Part shown: positions 26,715 through 35,064 of the stretch, piece after piece
Layout of the letters: the number at the start of each line of letters is the position of its first letter
Position numbering within the stretch: the first letter of the stretch is position 1
Virus record (IMG/VR): IMGVR_UViG_3300009502_000023
Location: 1 to 37,730 of that record
Reading direction: 5' to 3' (one strand)
Length of the DNA stretch: 37,730 nt
Origin: a virus
Lineage: Duplodnaviria > Heunggongvirae > Uroviricota > Caudoviricetes
Made by a program: the position numbers and the translations under genes
The notes under the pieces: generated by a model
What the model saw: the letters and a program-made list of their open reading frames with translations, nothing else
The model's database searches: none
What the model was told of the DNA's origin: nothing

Positions 26715-26804
26715 GGTGGGGTGGCAGAGCCCGGTTGAATGCATCGGCTTTGAATACCGACGTACCGCAAGGTACCGTGAGTTCGAATCTCACCCCCACC
26801 GCCA
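26715..26804 (+). tRNA. tRNA-Ser(UGA)
   Basis: GGTGGGG/CCCCACC, loop TTTGAAT, long variable arm GTACC-GCAA-GGTAC, G73, CCA. Confidence 0.93.
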
Positions 26805-26823
26805 GTATCGAAACTGTTAAAAC

Positions 26824-26911
26824 GGAGAGATGACTGAGTGGCCAAAAGTAGAAGTTTACTAAACTTCCGAACCGCAAGGTTCCGAGGGTTCGAATCCCTC
26901 TCTCTCCTCCA
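26824..26911 (+). tRNA. tRNA-Ser(ACU)
   Basis: GGAGAGA/TCTCTCC, GAAGT-TTACTAA-ACTTC, long variable arm GAACC-GCAA-GGTTC, U73, CCA. Confidence 0.88.
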
Positions 26912-26932
26912 ATTTAAACTAGAAAGAAAACA

Positions 26933-27553
26933 ATGGAACCAAAATCCTTCATAGAAATGACAAGACCTATGCACAAAGAAAAAGAGATTGGTCCCATCGT
27001 GACTCATGACTTTCCAATTATTAGTCATAAACTAAAAGAGTCTAAATGGGACAAAGTTTACTGGTTCTTATATGGTATCTTCGTAAGACCCTTTAAGAAT
27101 GCTACTTATCATCTTCGACAAAGATTTATCAATAAGTTATATCTCATTGATACCAAACTTGATCGCGGTAAGTATTATGATACTGATTCAAGAATGTTAT
27201 ATGGTATGATGAGTCTTCTCTGTCAGTATATTGAGATTGAAAAACCAATGGAATCAATTAACTGGACAGATGACGATCATCATTTTAATGCTTACTTTAA
27301 CATGATGGATTGTTATATCTGGTGGAAGAATTATGAAAATCGAACTAAAGAAATTGATCGTGCTTTAGATACTTGGTATGCAAGTTCAAAGCAAGATAAG
27401 AATGGTGACTGGTTAGCTAATCTCAACAAACCACAATCAGTTCAATCAGAAAAATTATTTAAGCATCTTCATGATCTTGAAAATCAATTAGAAGAAGAAG
27501 AAGAAGAAATGCTGGTTAGGCTAGTCAGAATCAGAAAATATCTTTGGACGTGA
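26933..27553 (+). CDS. hypothetical phage protein
   Basis: 206-aa ORF. Confidence 0.75.
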   Translation: MEPKSFIEMTRPMHKEKEIGPIVTHDFPIISHKLKESKWDKVYWFLYGIFVRPFKNATYHLRQRFINKLYLIDTKLDRGKYYDTDSRMLYGMMSLLCQYIEIEKPMESINWTDDDHHFNAYFNMMDCYIWWKNYENRTKEIDRALDTWYASSKQDKNGDWLANLNKPQSVQSEKLFKHLHDLENQLEEEEEEMLVRLVRIRKYLWT

Positions 27554-27564
27554 GGTAGAAAATC

Positions 27565-27831
27565 ATGCCTAATATTTCAGTACTAAGTGATCCTTCTGAT
27601 CACGGTGGAAAGATTATAGATGCAAATCAAAAAACAGCAACTTTAACAGGGAAACCTATTGCTGTTCAAGGTGCACAACACAAGTGTCCTAGAACTGGTC
27701 ACGGCACAACAAAAATCACAGCTATTACTAAAGTATCAACAGCGGAAGGTAAACTGATTATCACAACCGGTGCAACCGCAGGATGTGGTGCTAAAATTCA
27801 AAGTCCTGATAGGAAAGCAACAGCTGAATGA
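27565..27831 (+). CDS. PAAR-domain spike-tip protein (T4 gp5.4-like)
   Basis: DPSDHGGKI, GKPIAVQG..H.CP..GHG...I, G....CGAKI. Confidence 0.85.
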   Translation: MPNISVLSDPSDHGGKIIDANQKTATLTGKPIAVQGAQHKCPRTGHGTTKITAITKVSTAEGKLIITTGATAGCGAKIQSPDRKATAE

Positions 27832-28100
27832 AAAAAATAAATATATTATCGATGTTTATATTAATAGTAATAATCTTTCTATTATCGATCTTTGTTTATC
27901 AAATTAGAAATGATCATACTAAAAACATTGAAATTATGATTATTCCAAATAATGTGAATGAATTTGAAGTCCCAACTAATTTTAATGGCAATGTTGTTAG
28001 TTGTGGATTTGTTACAAACGTAACCGAAGATATGATCTGGTATCGAATTTCTGAAAGAACCTATGTTCGAAATTTTAACTTTCCTCGCAGTAAGGAATAG
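27828..28100 (+). CDS. membrane-anchored hypothetical protein
   Basis: N-terminal transmembrane stretch. Confidence 0.6.
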   Translation: MKKINILSMFILIVIIFLLSIFVYQIRNDHTKNIEIMIIPNNVNEFEVPTNFNGNVVSCGFVTNVTEDMIWYRISERTYVRNFNFPRSKE

Positions 28101-28106
28101 AAAATC

Positions 28107-28541
28107 ATGAACGAAGACTTCATCACTTCTATGTTCGGAGCCAATATTTCTCAAGATATAAAGTTTAGATTAACTGAGAAAAGTTTTAATCAATTGAATT
28201 GTTTTTTTAAAGATCAATGCGATTATATTGATGATGTTGATGGTTTTGTTGTTAATTTTTGGCTTGATAAAACACATCTAAGTTATGAACATTTGAGTAC
28301 TATGATTGAAGCACAATTAGAATTAGAACATCTATTAACATTATCAATTAAAAGTAATAGAAAAGAATTAAAGAAACTACTTCTTGGTTGTAATGGATAT
28401 TCTGATCATGAACTGGATATTAAACTCCACGAAGATCCTGATACTATTGTTGACTATATGTCACTATTAGAAATAGTTTCATCAGTTAATGTATTTATGA
28501 GACAACTTGATAAGGTTATAAAAAATAATGACAAGCAATGA
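28107..28541 (+). CDS. hypothetical protein
   Basis: 144-aa ORF. Confidence 0.6.
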   Translation: MNEDFITSMFGANISQDIKFRLTEKSFNQLNCFFKDQCDYIDDVDGFVVNFWLDKTHLSYEHLSTMIEAQLELEHLLTLSIKSNRKELKKLLLGCNGYSDHELDIKLHEDPDTIVDYMSLLEIVSSVNVFMRQLDKVIKNNDKQ

Positions 28542-28707
28542 TACAAAAAGTATTGTAGTAATTATATTACTAGCTATTGGAATAGTACTTTGTGCAGCTA
28601 ATATTTTTACAGGCAATAAAACTTTTGGAACATGTGGCATAATAGTTGCTTCTGGAGCAACAGCTTATTGCTGGTATGAATTGTGTAAATTGGTTAATAA
28701 AAAATGA
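28528..28707 (+). CDS. 59-aa two-TM membrane protein, holin candidate (missed by the ORF track)
   Basis: MTSNDTKSIVVIILLAIGIVLCAANIFTGNKTFGTCGIIVASGATAYCWYELCKLVNKK*; ATGA overlap with the hydrolase. Confidence 0.5.
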   Translation: MTSNDTKSIVVIILLAIGIVLCAANIFTGNKTFGTCGIIVASGATAYCWYELCKLVNKK

Positions 28708-29144
28708 AAAGAATAAATCCATCATTGGAAACTACTGTTAATGTATTAATCTATACCTTGTGGGGTGAGTGTAGAGGTGAATCATTTCAAGGTAAACGAG
28801 GCGTTGCTTCTGTAATTTGGAATAGAGCATTAAAAGAAATTAAGAAAAATTCAATTGGAATGATTGATGCTCTTAAGCAAGTTTGTTTAGCACCTCATCA
28901 GTTTAGTTGTTGGAATGATGACAATGCTTCTTTACAACAAGAAGTAGATCAAAGTTCAGATGCTTGGTATGATATTATGGCCATTGTAACTGATATGGTT
29001 AGTACTGTTACTTTAGAAAATGGGTCATACAAACCAATTTTCGATGCTACTTTTTATCATGCTACATCATGTCATCCATATTGGGCAGATGAATTTATTG
29101 AAGTAGAACAAATAGGAAATCACATCTTTTACAAAGAGAAGTAA
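28704..29144 (+). CDS. cell wall hydrolase, SleB/Hydrolase_2 family
   Basis: TLWGECRGE, ASVIWNR, VCLAPHQFSCWN, ATFYH, IGNHIFYK. Confidence 0.9.
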   Translation: MKRINPSLETTVNVLIYTLWGECRGESFQGKRGVASVIWNRALKEIKKNSIGMIDALKQVCLAPHQFSCWNDDNASLQQEVDQSSDAWYDIMAIVTDMVSTVTLENGSYKPIFDATFYHATSCHPYWADEFIEVEQIGNHIFYKEK

Positions 29145-29152
29145 TTTTTCAT

Positions 29153-29228
29153 GGGCTGTTAGCTCAATTGGTAGAGCACGTGCTTTGCAAGCATGAGGTC
29201 GCCGGTTCGATCCCGGCACGGTCCACCA
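29153..29228 (+). tRNA. tRNA-Ala(UGC)
   Basis: GGGCTGT/ACGGTCC with G3.U70, loop TTTGCAA, CCA. Confidence 0.95.
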
Positions 29229-29249
29229 TTTTCAATTAAGGAATGTATC

Positions 29250-29531
29250 ATGGATGCAACTGAAGCAAGGAAATTATCCAATGTATCGCTTAGCGGTATA
29301 ATTATTCAGCCATTTTTAAAAGAGATTCATGCTAGAATTCAAACAGCTGCAAAAAATGGTAAATTTGAAATCATGGATCCTTTTTCAAGTATTACAGGAA
29401 AATATCCCACAATTGAAGAACAGGGAGCAATTATGGTAGAATTAATTAAGTTGGGTTATAAGGTAGTTGAACATCCAAATCCAGATCCCGGTCATCCTTG
29501 TTCTCGTTCATATACAACTATCTCATGGTAA
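29250..29531 (+). CDS. hypothetical protein
   Basis: ATG 29250 after AAGGA. Confidence 0.7.
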   Translation: MDATEARKLSNVSLSGIIIQPFLKEIHARIQTAAKNGKFEIMDPFSSITGKYPTIEEQGAIMVELIKLGYKVVEHPNPDPGHPCSRSYTTISW

Positions 29532-29541
29532 AGGAATTTTC

Positions 29542-29841
29542 ATGGAAGACACAGAAGCTATTGAAGAAAAAGATGCTAATGATATCATGCAGGAATATTT
29601 AGATGAGATGAAATTTCATTGTATGGAAGGTTCTTCTGGAGTTTTAGCAATTAATAAGATCTGTAATGATCTTGGTTATAAGGATGAAGGATTTAGAAAT
29701 GGATCCAGCATAGAAACAATGTTAGCAGATAATCCTGATCTTGTTATGACAATCGTTGAATGGATCATTGCACATTTAGATAAGATCCCAGAATGGAAAA
29801 TCGCTCTAACTTTTGAGGAGAACCCACCCAATGATAACTGA
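29542..29841 (+). CDS. hypothetical protein
   Basis: ATG 29542 after AAGGA. Confidence 0.7.
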   Translation: MEDTEAIEEKDANDIMQEYLDEMKFHCMEGSSGVLAINKICNDLGYKDEGFRNGSSIETMLADNPDLVMTIVEWIIAHLDKIPEWKIALTFEENPPNDN

Positions 29842-30001
29842 AATTAGCGAGTATAAGGGATCACCGGTTTTTGTGATTAAAAAAGATGCTGATGATAAGT
29901 ATCCCTTTTCGTTCGGTTGTGCTAAAGCCAAACTTATGATTGAAAATATTGAAGCAATTAAGGCGTTTGTTGCAGAATGCGATACTAAAAAGACCAAGTA
30001 G
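29831..30001 (+). CDS. small conserved-looking protein (possibly PC4-like fold)
   Basis: EYKGSPV...KYPFSFG..KAKL..ENIEAIK.F; fold assignment is a guess. Confidence 0.55.
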   Translation: MITEISEYKGSPVFVIKKDADDKYPFSFGCAKAKLMIENIEAIKAFVAECDTKKTK

Positions 30002-30024
30002 AATAAAATATAAAGGTTTATTCT

Positions 30025-30483
30025 ATGAGATGCAATGTTGGTGTAAATCCTATTTTATTAGCAGATCAGCATTTGATTGCAGAGTATCGAGAAATTCCAA
30101 TGCTGGTTGGGAGTCTTGAATATTGGAATTGGGAAATTAAATCGCCTATACCTCAAGTTTTTAATTTGGGTGTAGGTCATATGAATTTCCTTAAAAATAA
30201 GTTAAGGTATGCGCAACGTCGACATGATGCAGTAGTTGCAGAATGTAATAGACGAGGATTTAAATGCGATACTTTAAGAATGCATTTAAATGGTCTCCCA
30301 ATGGAATTCTGTCAAGATTGGAATCCAACAATCGAAGACAGTATGAAGTTGAGAGCCAGATTAAAATGGAAGCTCACTAACAAACAACAACCTTTCTGGA
30401 GGTATAACAGAAAGTGTTTAACTAATGAAGAGTTGAGTAAAATGATAACTGATATTGAGAATAGTGAGTTGTTTTATGTTTAA
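30025..30483 (+). CDS. denV: pyrimidine-dimer DNA glycosylase (T4 endonuclease V-like)
   Basis: MR.N....L.DQHLIAEYREI, F.LG.GH..F..NKL.Y...R.......RRGF. Confidence 0.85.
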   Translation: MRCNVGVNPILLADQHLIAEYREIPMLVGSLEYWNWEIKSPIPQVFNLGVGHMNFLKNKLRYAQRRHDAVVAECNRRGFKCDTLRMHLNGLPMEFCQDWNPTIEDSMKLRARLKWKLTNKQQPFWRYNRKCLTNEELSKMITDIENSELFYV

Positions 30484-30622
30484 ATTACCAGATATGAAAT
30501 TAACAGAATTGGGCGAGAAATTGTCTATGGTAATACAGTTACCAGTTAAGGCTCCTTCTCCGATTATAAGTTATGTAAATATTTCAGTTTTGAACAGTCA
30601 AATAAAAGAAAGAACAGATACC

Positions 30623-31060
30623 ATGAATGAGTGCTGCGAGAAGAGTAAGGGTAAGTGCAACTGTGATGGACATTTCAAGAACCCGAGTAAGGTTCGGAAA
30701 GAGAAGCTTCAAGAGTTTCTTAAGAAGTATGAAGCACGTGATTTGCGTTTTGCATATTTCCGTTCTATTCGTCATCCATCCATCTATATCACTGCAGTTA
30801 GTGTCCTTGATCGAAAGACATGCATCCTGAAGGTTGCTTTTGCTTTCTCAAGTCCCAAGGATACATTCTGTAGAGCTGAGGGTAAGATCAAGTGTTTTAC
30901 CAAGATTGAGATTCCTGATCATGGTCATGTTACTTCTGTTCCTTGGCTCGAGGATGGACTGCTGTCTATTTATCTTGCCTATAATCGGATGAAGCAGAAG
31001 CCCGAGAAGCTTGCGTTGACTAAGTTTGATGACTTGGAATTCGCGGGTAGAAATTATTAA
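30623..31060 (+). CDS. hypothetical protein (more GC-rich codons; start could be upstream)
   Basis: MNECCEKSKGKC...; frame is open from 30455. Confidence 0.65.
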   Translation: MNECCEKSKGKCNCDGHFKNPSKVRKEKLQEFLKKYEARDLRFAYFRSIRHPSIYITAVSVLDRKTCILKVAFAFSSPKDTFCRAEGKIKCFTKIEIPDHGHVTSVPWLEDGLLSIYLAYNRMKQKPEKLALTKFDDLEFAGRNY

Positions 31061-31067
31061 AAATTCG

Positions 31068-31103
31068 AGGGTGATAGAGTAATATCTATTACCCTATTCT
31101 TTT
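31068..31103 (+). terminator. probable intrinsic terminator
   Basis: AGGGTGATAGA / TCTATTACCCT 11-bp stem followed by ATTCTTTT. Confidence 0.6.
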
Positions 31104-31180
31104 GCCCCCATAGCTCAGATGGATAGAGCAATGGGTTTCTAACCCATTGGTCGCAGGTTCGAGTCCTGCTGGGGGCGCCA
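31104..31180 (+). tRNA. tRNA-Arg(UCU)
   Basis: GCCCCCA/TGGGGGC, ATGGG-TTTCTAA-CCCAT, CCA. Confidence 0.95.
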
Positions 31181-31197
31181 TCATTTGGAGATATCAA

Positions 31198-31503
31198 ATG
31201 CCTCTTGTAGAACCAGGAATGTATTTTAGTAGTATAGAATTTTATCAAGATTTTCTAGAAATTGCTGGTCATGATTTTTTAAAAAATCCAACCGGAGTAA
31301 TAAAATACGAATTTCTTAATATTGTATTCAAGTTAAATTTTAGAACCAAAAAAATTACAAGATGTGATACAAAAGAAACTAAGTCATTTACATATCATAA
31401 TGGCACAGTTTTATTTGAAGCTTTTAATTTAAATAAGAATGTTAGTATTAGTTTAAGGGGTGGTAATGTCAATAAAGAGATGGTTCAATCAATCATTAAA
31501 TAA
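31198..31503 (+). CDS. hypothetical protein
   Basis: ATG 31198 after GGAG. Confidence 0.6.
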   Translation: MPLVEPGMYFSSIEFYQDFLEIAGHDFLKNPTGVIKYEFLNIVFKLNFRTKKITRCDTKETKSFTYHNGTVLFEAFNLNKNVSISLRGGNVNKEMVQSIIK

Positions 31504-31579
31504 AAATGATTTATTTGGTGTTCATATTAGAGAGACGTATCAATTTTTTAGAAACAGAAAAACAAAGGAGACAGATACA

Positions 31580-32689
31580 ATGTTCAAGAAACTAAGAGCG
31601 TGGTTGAATGGTTGCACAGTTAAAGAAGTTGAAGCTTATGAGTCAGCAAAGAATTCAAATGTTAAAAAAGATACTCAAACAAAGATTCGTAATACACTTG
31701 AGTTTCTTGAAAATAATAAAGATAAGGATTGTACGGTTAAGATTCTTGTTCCTAGACAAGTCACACCAATTCCTTATGGTGATGCAGCTTATTTTGCATC
31801 GTTGAAGATGGATATTGCTTCTAGAAGTATTAATCTAGTTGCTAACAAACATTTATATAATAATTCTAATACGTATATTAAGATCTATGAAGATCTATTA
31901 ACTGCTGTCGATAAGGCAATTACTGATTCGGGTCTTGTGATTGCTGGTGGAGAAAAAACAAATACCCCAGTAGTAACAGAACTGCCTCAGCAATTGATTG
32001 ATGCAATTCGTAAAATTACTAAGGAAGAATTGAAGAATTTTTCTGATTCAGATCTGGGTCTTCGTTCTCGTGGTCCTTGTTTTGATGGATCAGCTGAGAA
32101 TACATTGGTTGAGAAGAGACAAGAGTTGACTCAAGTAATTCAAAAGATTGCTGAACAAGAAGTAAAGAAATTACCCGATTGTGATCTTCATGATCACGGT
32201 CATGTATGTTCTTGTCGTGTAATTGGTCCTGGTCAATTTCAACCCAATGATCCGGATGGTTCAAAGGCTAGAGAAGAATTAAATAAGATTATGACTACAC
32301 CAGTAGGTACTAAGATTATACTCCCGACATACGGTGAACCTGTTGCGAAGATGGTTTCTCAGCCTTCAGATCCAACTTCTATTATTGATGCTGTTGGTCA
32401 TTATTCTGAAACTAGAGAAACACAACAGCCACCAACAGGTTCTGCTGAAGCGGTTGCTCATCAAGTTGAATTACTTCAAAAATGTGCTCCTAAACCAGTA
32501 CTAACAACGATTCGACCAGCTTCTGTTTGGTCTCCAACGGCCACAACAAATGATTTGGTTGATGAGGAAGTTGTTATTGATTCTGAAGATAATAGTTGTG
32601 AGACACTTGGTGCTAGAATACTGAAGAGTTCAACTACAACCGATGAAGAGGAAGTAGTTATCAAGGATGTCTGCGTTTATGAAAAATGA
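31580..32689 (+). CDS. hypothetical protein, low-complexity C-terminus
   Basis: ATG 31580 after AAGGAG. Confidence 0.7.
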   Translation: MFKKLRAWLNGCTVKEVEAYESAKNSNVKKDTQTKIRNTLEFLENNKDKDCTVKILVPRQVTPIPYGDAAYFASLKMDIASRSINLVANKHLYNNSNTYIKIYEDLLTAVDKAITDSGLVIAGGEKTNTPVVTELPQQLIDAIRKITKEELKNFSDSDLGLRSRGPCFDGSAENTLVEKRQELTQVIQKIAEQEVKKLPDCDLHDHGHVCSCRVIGPGQFQPNDPDGSKAREELNKIMTTPVGTKIILPTYGEPVAKMVSQPSDPTSIIDAVGHYSETRETQQPPTGSAEAVAHQVELLQKCAPKPVLTTIRPASVWSPTATTNDLVDEEVVIDSEDNSCETLGARILKSSTTTDEEEVVIKDVCVYEK

Positions 32690-32891
32690 TAAGAAGTCAT
32701 TAGAAGTTACAATCTGTGTCAACAATGAATCATATACCTATGGTAATATTAGTGACTGGGAAGCTCAATCATGCGGGTCGACACACCTGAATGTAACTTT
32801 GAAATTTAATGATGGTGATGATCCTGTCACCATCTTATTAGGTTCTGGACATACAATGATAGTATCAGTTCAAGATGATGAAGAAACTTAA
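32679..32891 (+). CDS. hypothetical protein
   Basis: Overlaps the upstream stop; start uncertain. Confidence 0.6.
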   Translation: MKNDKKSLEVTICVNNESYTYGNISDWEAQSCGSTHLNVTLKFNDGDDPVTILLGSGHTMIVSVQDDEET

Positions 32892-32905
32892 AAGGACAAC
32901 TGAAC

Positions 32906-33145
32906 GTGAAGATTAAGAAAGCAGAATCTATTGGACTTGCTTGTCAAATTGCATTTGAATATGAAAAGTGGGGATGGGAACATATTTCTGATATGTTAGC
33001 AACTTATGAGTATCCCGAAAAGCCACCGTGCGATGGTGATACTCTTCTTTATCTTTGTAATACAGCTGCTAAACATAAGAAAGATGGATTGGATTTTAAA
33101 GCTACTGAAAAAGAAATGATGAAGATGAAAAGGATAGCAGCATGA
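32906..33145 (+). CDS. hypothetical protein
   Basis: GTG start after AAGGA. Confidence 0.65.
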   Translation: MKIKKAESIGLACQIAFEYEKWGWEHISDMLATYEYPEKPPCDGDTLLYLCNTAAKHKKDGLDFKATEKEMMKMKRIAA

Positions 33146-33459
33146 AGTGGTGTATTACTATCATATTAATTCTTTCATTGATAGTTCTTGGTTTTAAATT
33201 AAACCAAAATAATGAGTTGGTTAATTTTCTTAAAACTCCAAAAGAATATAATATATACCACGTATCATATCAATATCAAGAAACTAATTCATCTACATCA
33301 TTTTCAGTAAATAGTTGTGATGTTGCTGTTAATTGGACTAATAGGGCAAATACTATCTCTAATATAATTTATATCGAACTTATACATAAATATCCAGCTT
33401 TAGTAGATAAGACTGTTGTACTTACAAGTATAACATTTCTTGGTCATGTAAGAGATTAA
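33142..33459 (+). CDS. membrane-anchored hypothetical protein
   Basis: N-terminal hydrophobic signal. Confidence 0.6.
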   Translation: MKWCITIILILSLIVLGFKLNQNNELVNFLKTPKEYNIYHVSYQYQETNSSTSFSVNSCDVAVNWTNRANTISNIIYIELIHKYPALVDKTVVLTSITFLGHVRD

Positions 33460-33469
33460 ACTAGTTTCA

Positions 33470-33545
33470 GGCGAGATAGCTCAGATGGTAGAGCAGCAGA
33501 CTGAAAATCTGCGTGTCAAAGGTTCGATTCCTTTTCTCGCCACCA
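33470..33545 (+). tRNA. tRNA-Phe(GAA)
   Basis: GGCGAGA/TCTCGCC, GCAGA-CTGAAAA-TCTGC, CCA. Confidence 0.95.
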
Positions 33546-33552
33546 CGTTTGC

Positions 33553-33637
33553 GGTGAGGTCGCCTAGTGGCAATGGCAGGAGACTGTAAATCTCCCGGTT
33601 AACCCCTACGAAGGTTCGAGTCCTTCTCTCACCACCA
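33553..33637 (+). tRNA. tRNA-Tyr(GUA)
   Basis: GGTGAGG/TCTCACC, GGAGA-CTGTAAA-TCTCC, long variable region, CCA. Confidence 0.93.
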
Positions 33638-33656
33638 TTTAAAGAAAAACTATATC

Positions 33657-33899
33657 ATGAACAATGAATGAACTGAATGTAATTTACCTTTCGGACCTGT
33701 ATGGAGTAAAGATTATAAAACTCCAGTAGATTCTTTTACATTTCGAGGTTTGAATAAACCAGGAACTTTGATTGATACTGCAATGGGAAAATATCTCATT
33801 GGTCATATAAATGTACTAGGTGGTTCATGCGATGATTGTATGGAATTCAGTGTCGATACAATTATTATACGATATAAGATAATTTCGTTAGAAGACTAA
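33657..33899 (+). pseudogene. 80-codon ORF interrupted by TGA at codon 5
   Basis: ATG AAC AAT GAA TGA ACT GAA TGT... then open to TAA 33897-99 (NLPFGPVWS...GLNKPGTLI...LIGHINVLGGSCDDC). Confidence 0.6.
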
Positions 33900-33916
33900 T
33901 CACAAAGGAAAACAAA

Positions 33917-34270
33917 ATGGATCGTAACAAGAAGACAAAGAGTTTTGGTTGGAAGATGCGTAAAGGGGATAGCTTTGCAGCAACATCTCTAAATGACGCA
34001 GCAAAAGCCGGTGCAGAAGCTGGTGAAGCTTTGAAGAAAATTCCTTTGACAAAGCAACAGAAAGATCATCAGAATTTAGAAAGTACTTTGATTTATCTTC
34101 TAGAACATTTTGATGAATTTGTATCCAGTTGCTCAGAAGCAAGTCATTTAATGGCAATTGGAATTTCATGTAAACATGGTGAATTTTATCTTGATTATGG
34201 TCATGATTCAGTTGTTAAAGAAATTGACAAACATCGAAAAGAACTAAAGAAAGCAAAGAAGAAAAAGTAA
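33917..34270 (+). CDS. hypothetical protein
   Basis: AAGGA RBS; 117 aa. Confidence 0.7.
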   Translation: MDRNKKTKSFGWKMRKGDSFAATSLNDAAKAGAEAGEALKKIPLTKQQKDHQNLESTLIYLLEHFDEFVSSCSEASHLMAIGISCKHGEFYLDYGHDSVVKEIDKHRKELKKAKKKK

Positions 34271-34638
34271 TGACTACTCCAGATGATATTGGTGCTGAAG
34301 GATTTGTTACCGCAGAAGATATTTATAATATTTTGATGAGACATTGGAGAACTCATAAAGTAGGTTTTGCTCTTGAAGTTGATTGGATTATTAAAGATGA
34401 TGATAATGAAGATGTAAAAGGACCAGATGGAATAATTGGGTGGTGGAATGGATCAAATCCAATTAATGATCTTCGAATTGAACCAAAAGTGGTTCGTGCT
34501 ATGGTTCATTATATTATGTCAAATTCAGACAAGTTTCATAAAAATGAAGATTGGTATTATAGAATGAATCTTCATTATAAAGATTTTCAATTGATTGCTG
34601 ATGATATTAACGAAGTAATCACAAAGGAAACCAAGTGA
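34270..34638 (+). CDS. hypothetical protein
   Basis: TAATG coupling; 122 aa. Confidence 0.7.
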   Translation: MTTPDDIGAEGFVTAEDIYNILMRHWRTHKVGFALEVDWIIKDDDNEDVKGPDGIIGWWNGSNPINDLRIEPKVVRAMVHYIMSNSDKFHKNEDWYYRMNLHYKDFQLIADDINEVITKETK

Positions 34639-34967
34639 ATATCGAAACTATCCCTTTTCAAACACTAAAAAATGAAACCGAAAACAAAGAGGGTATTGTT
34701 TGTTTAGGTTGTGGTGGTGAACTTTCTGCATGGGTTGATGGTGTTACTAAAGTGTTGAATGATGAATCTATCGCAGCAGGAACACCAGAACAGTTATGGG
34801 ATAAAGTTTATAAAATAGAAACATCCGGTGGTCGAATTGATTTAGCTTTTGTTATGAGTAATACACCCGGTCTATTTAATGGTGACAAGATGGCAATGTG
34901 GCGTTTGCGGTTTGGAGATTGTTCTTGGATCTCTGATTATAAAACTAATTACGCAACTGATTTTTAA
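34635..34967 (+). CDS. hypothetical phage protein
   Basis: GTGA coupling; 110 aa. Confidence 0.7.
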   Translation: MNIETIPFQTLKNETENKEGIVCLGCGGELSAWVDGVTKVLNDESIAAGTPEQLWDKVYKIETSGGRIDLAFVMSNTPGLFNGDKMAMWRLRFGDCSWISDYKTNYATDF

Positions 34968-34979
34968 AATATTAGTTCG

Positions 34980-35017
34980 AACCCACAATTATAATTTTAA
35001 AATTATAATTGTGGGTT
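34980..35017. repeat. perfect 38-bp palindrome with no spacer
   Basis: AACCCACAATTATAATTTT|AAAATTATAATTGTGGGTT. Confidence 0.9.
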
Positions 35018-35064
35018 GGTATACTTGGTTCTGTGTCTGCCTAGAATAAATTAAAAGGTGGTAC

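Noticed and set aside
12068-31503. Track starts that begin inside RNA genes (12068, 16389, 16855, 29193, 31147)
   Set aside because: Downstream ATGs outside the RNA genes, mostly with clear RBSs, fit better.
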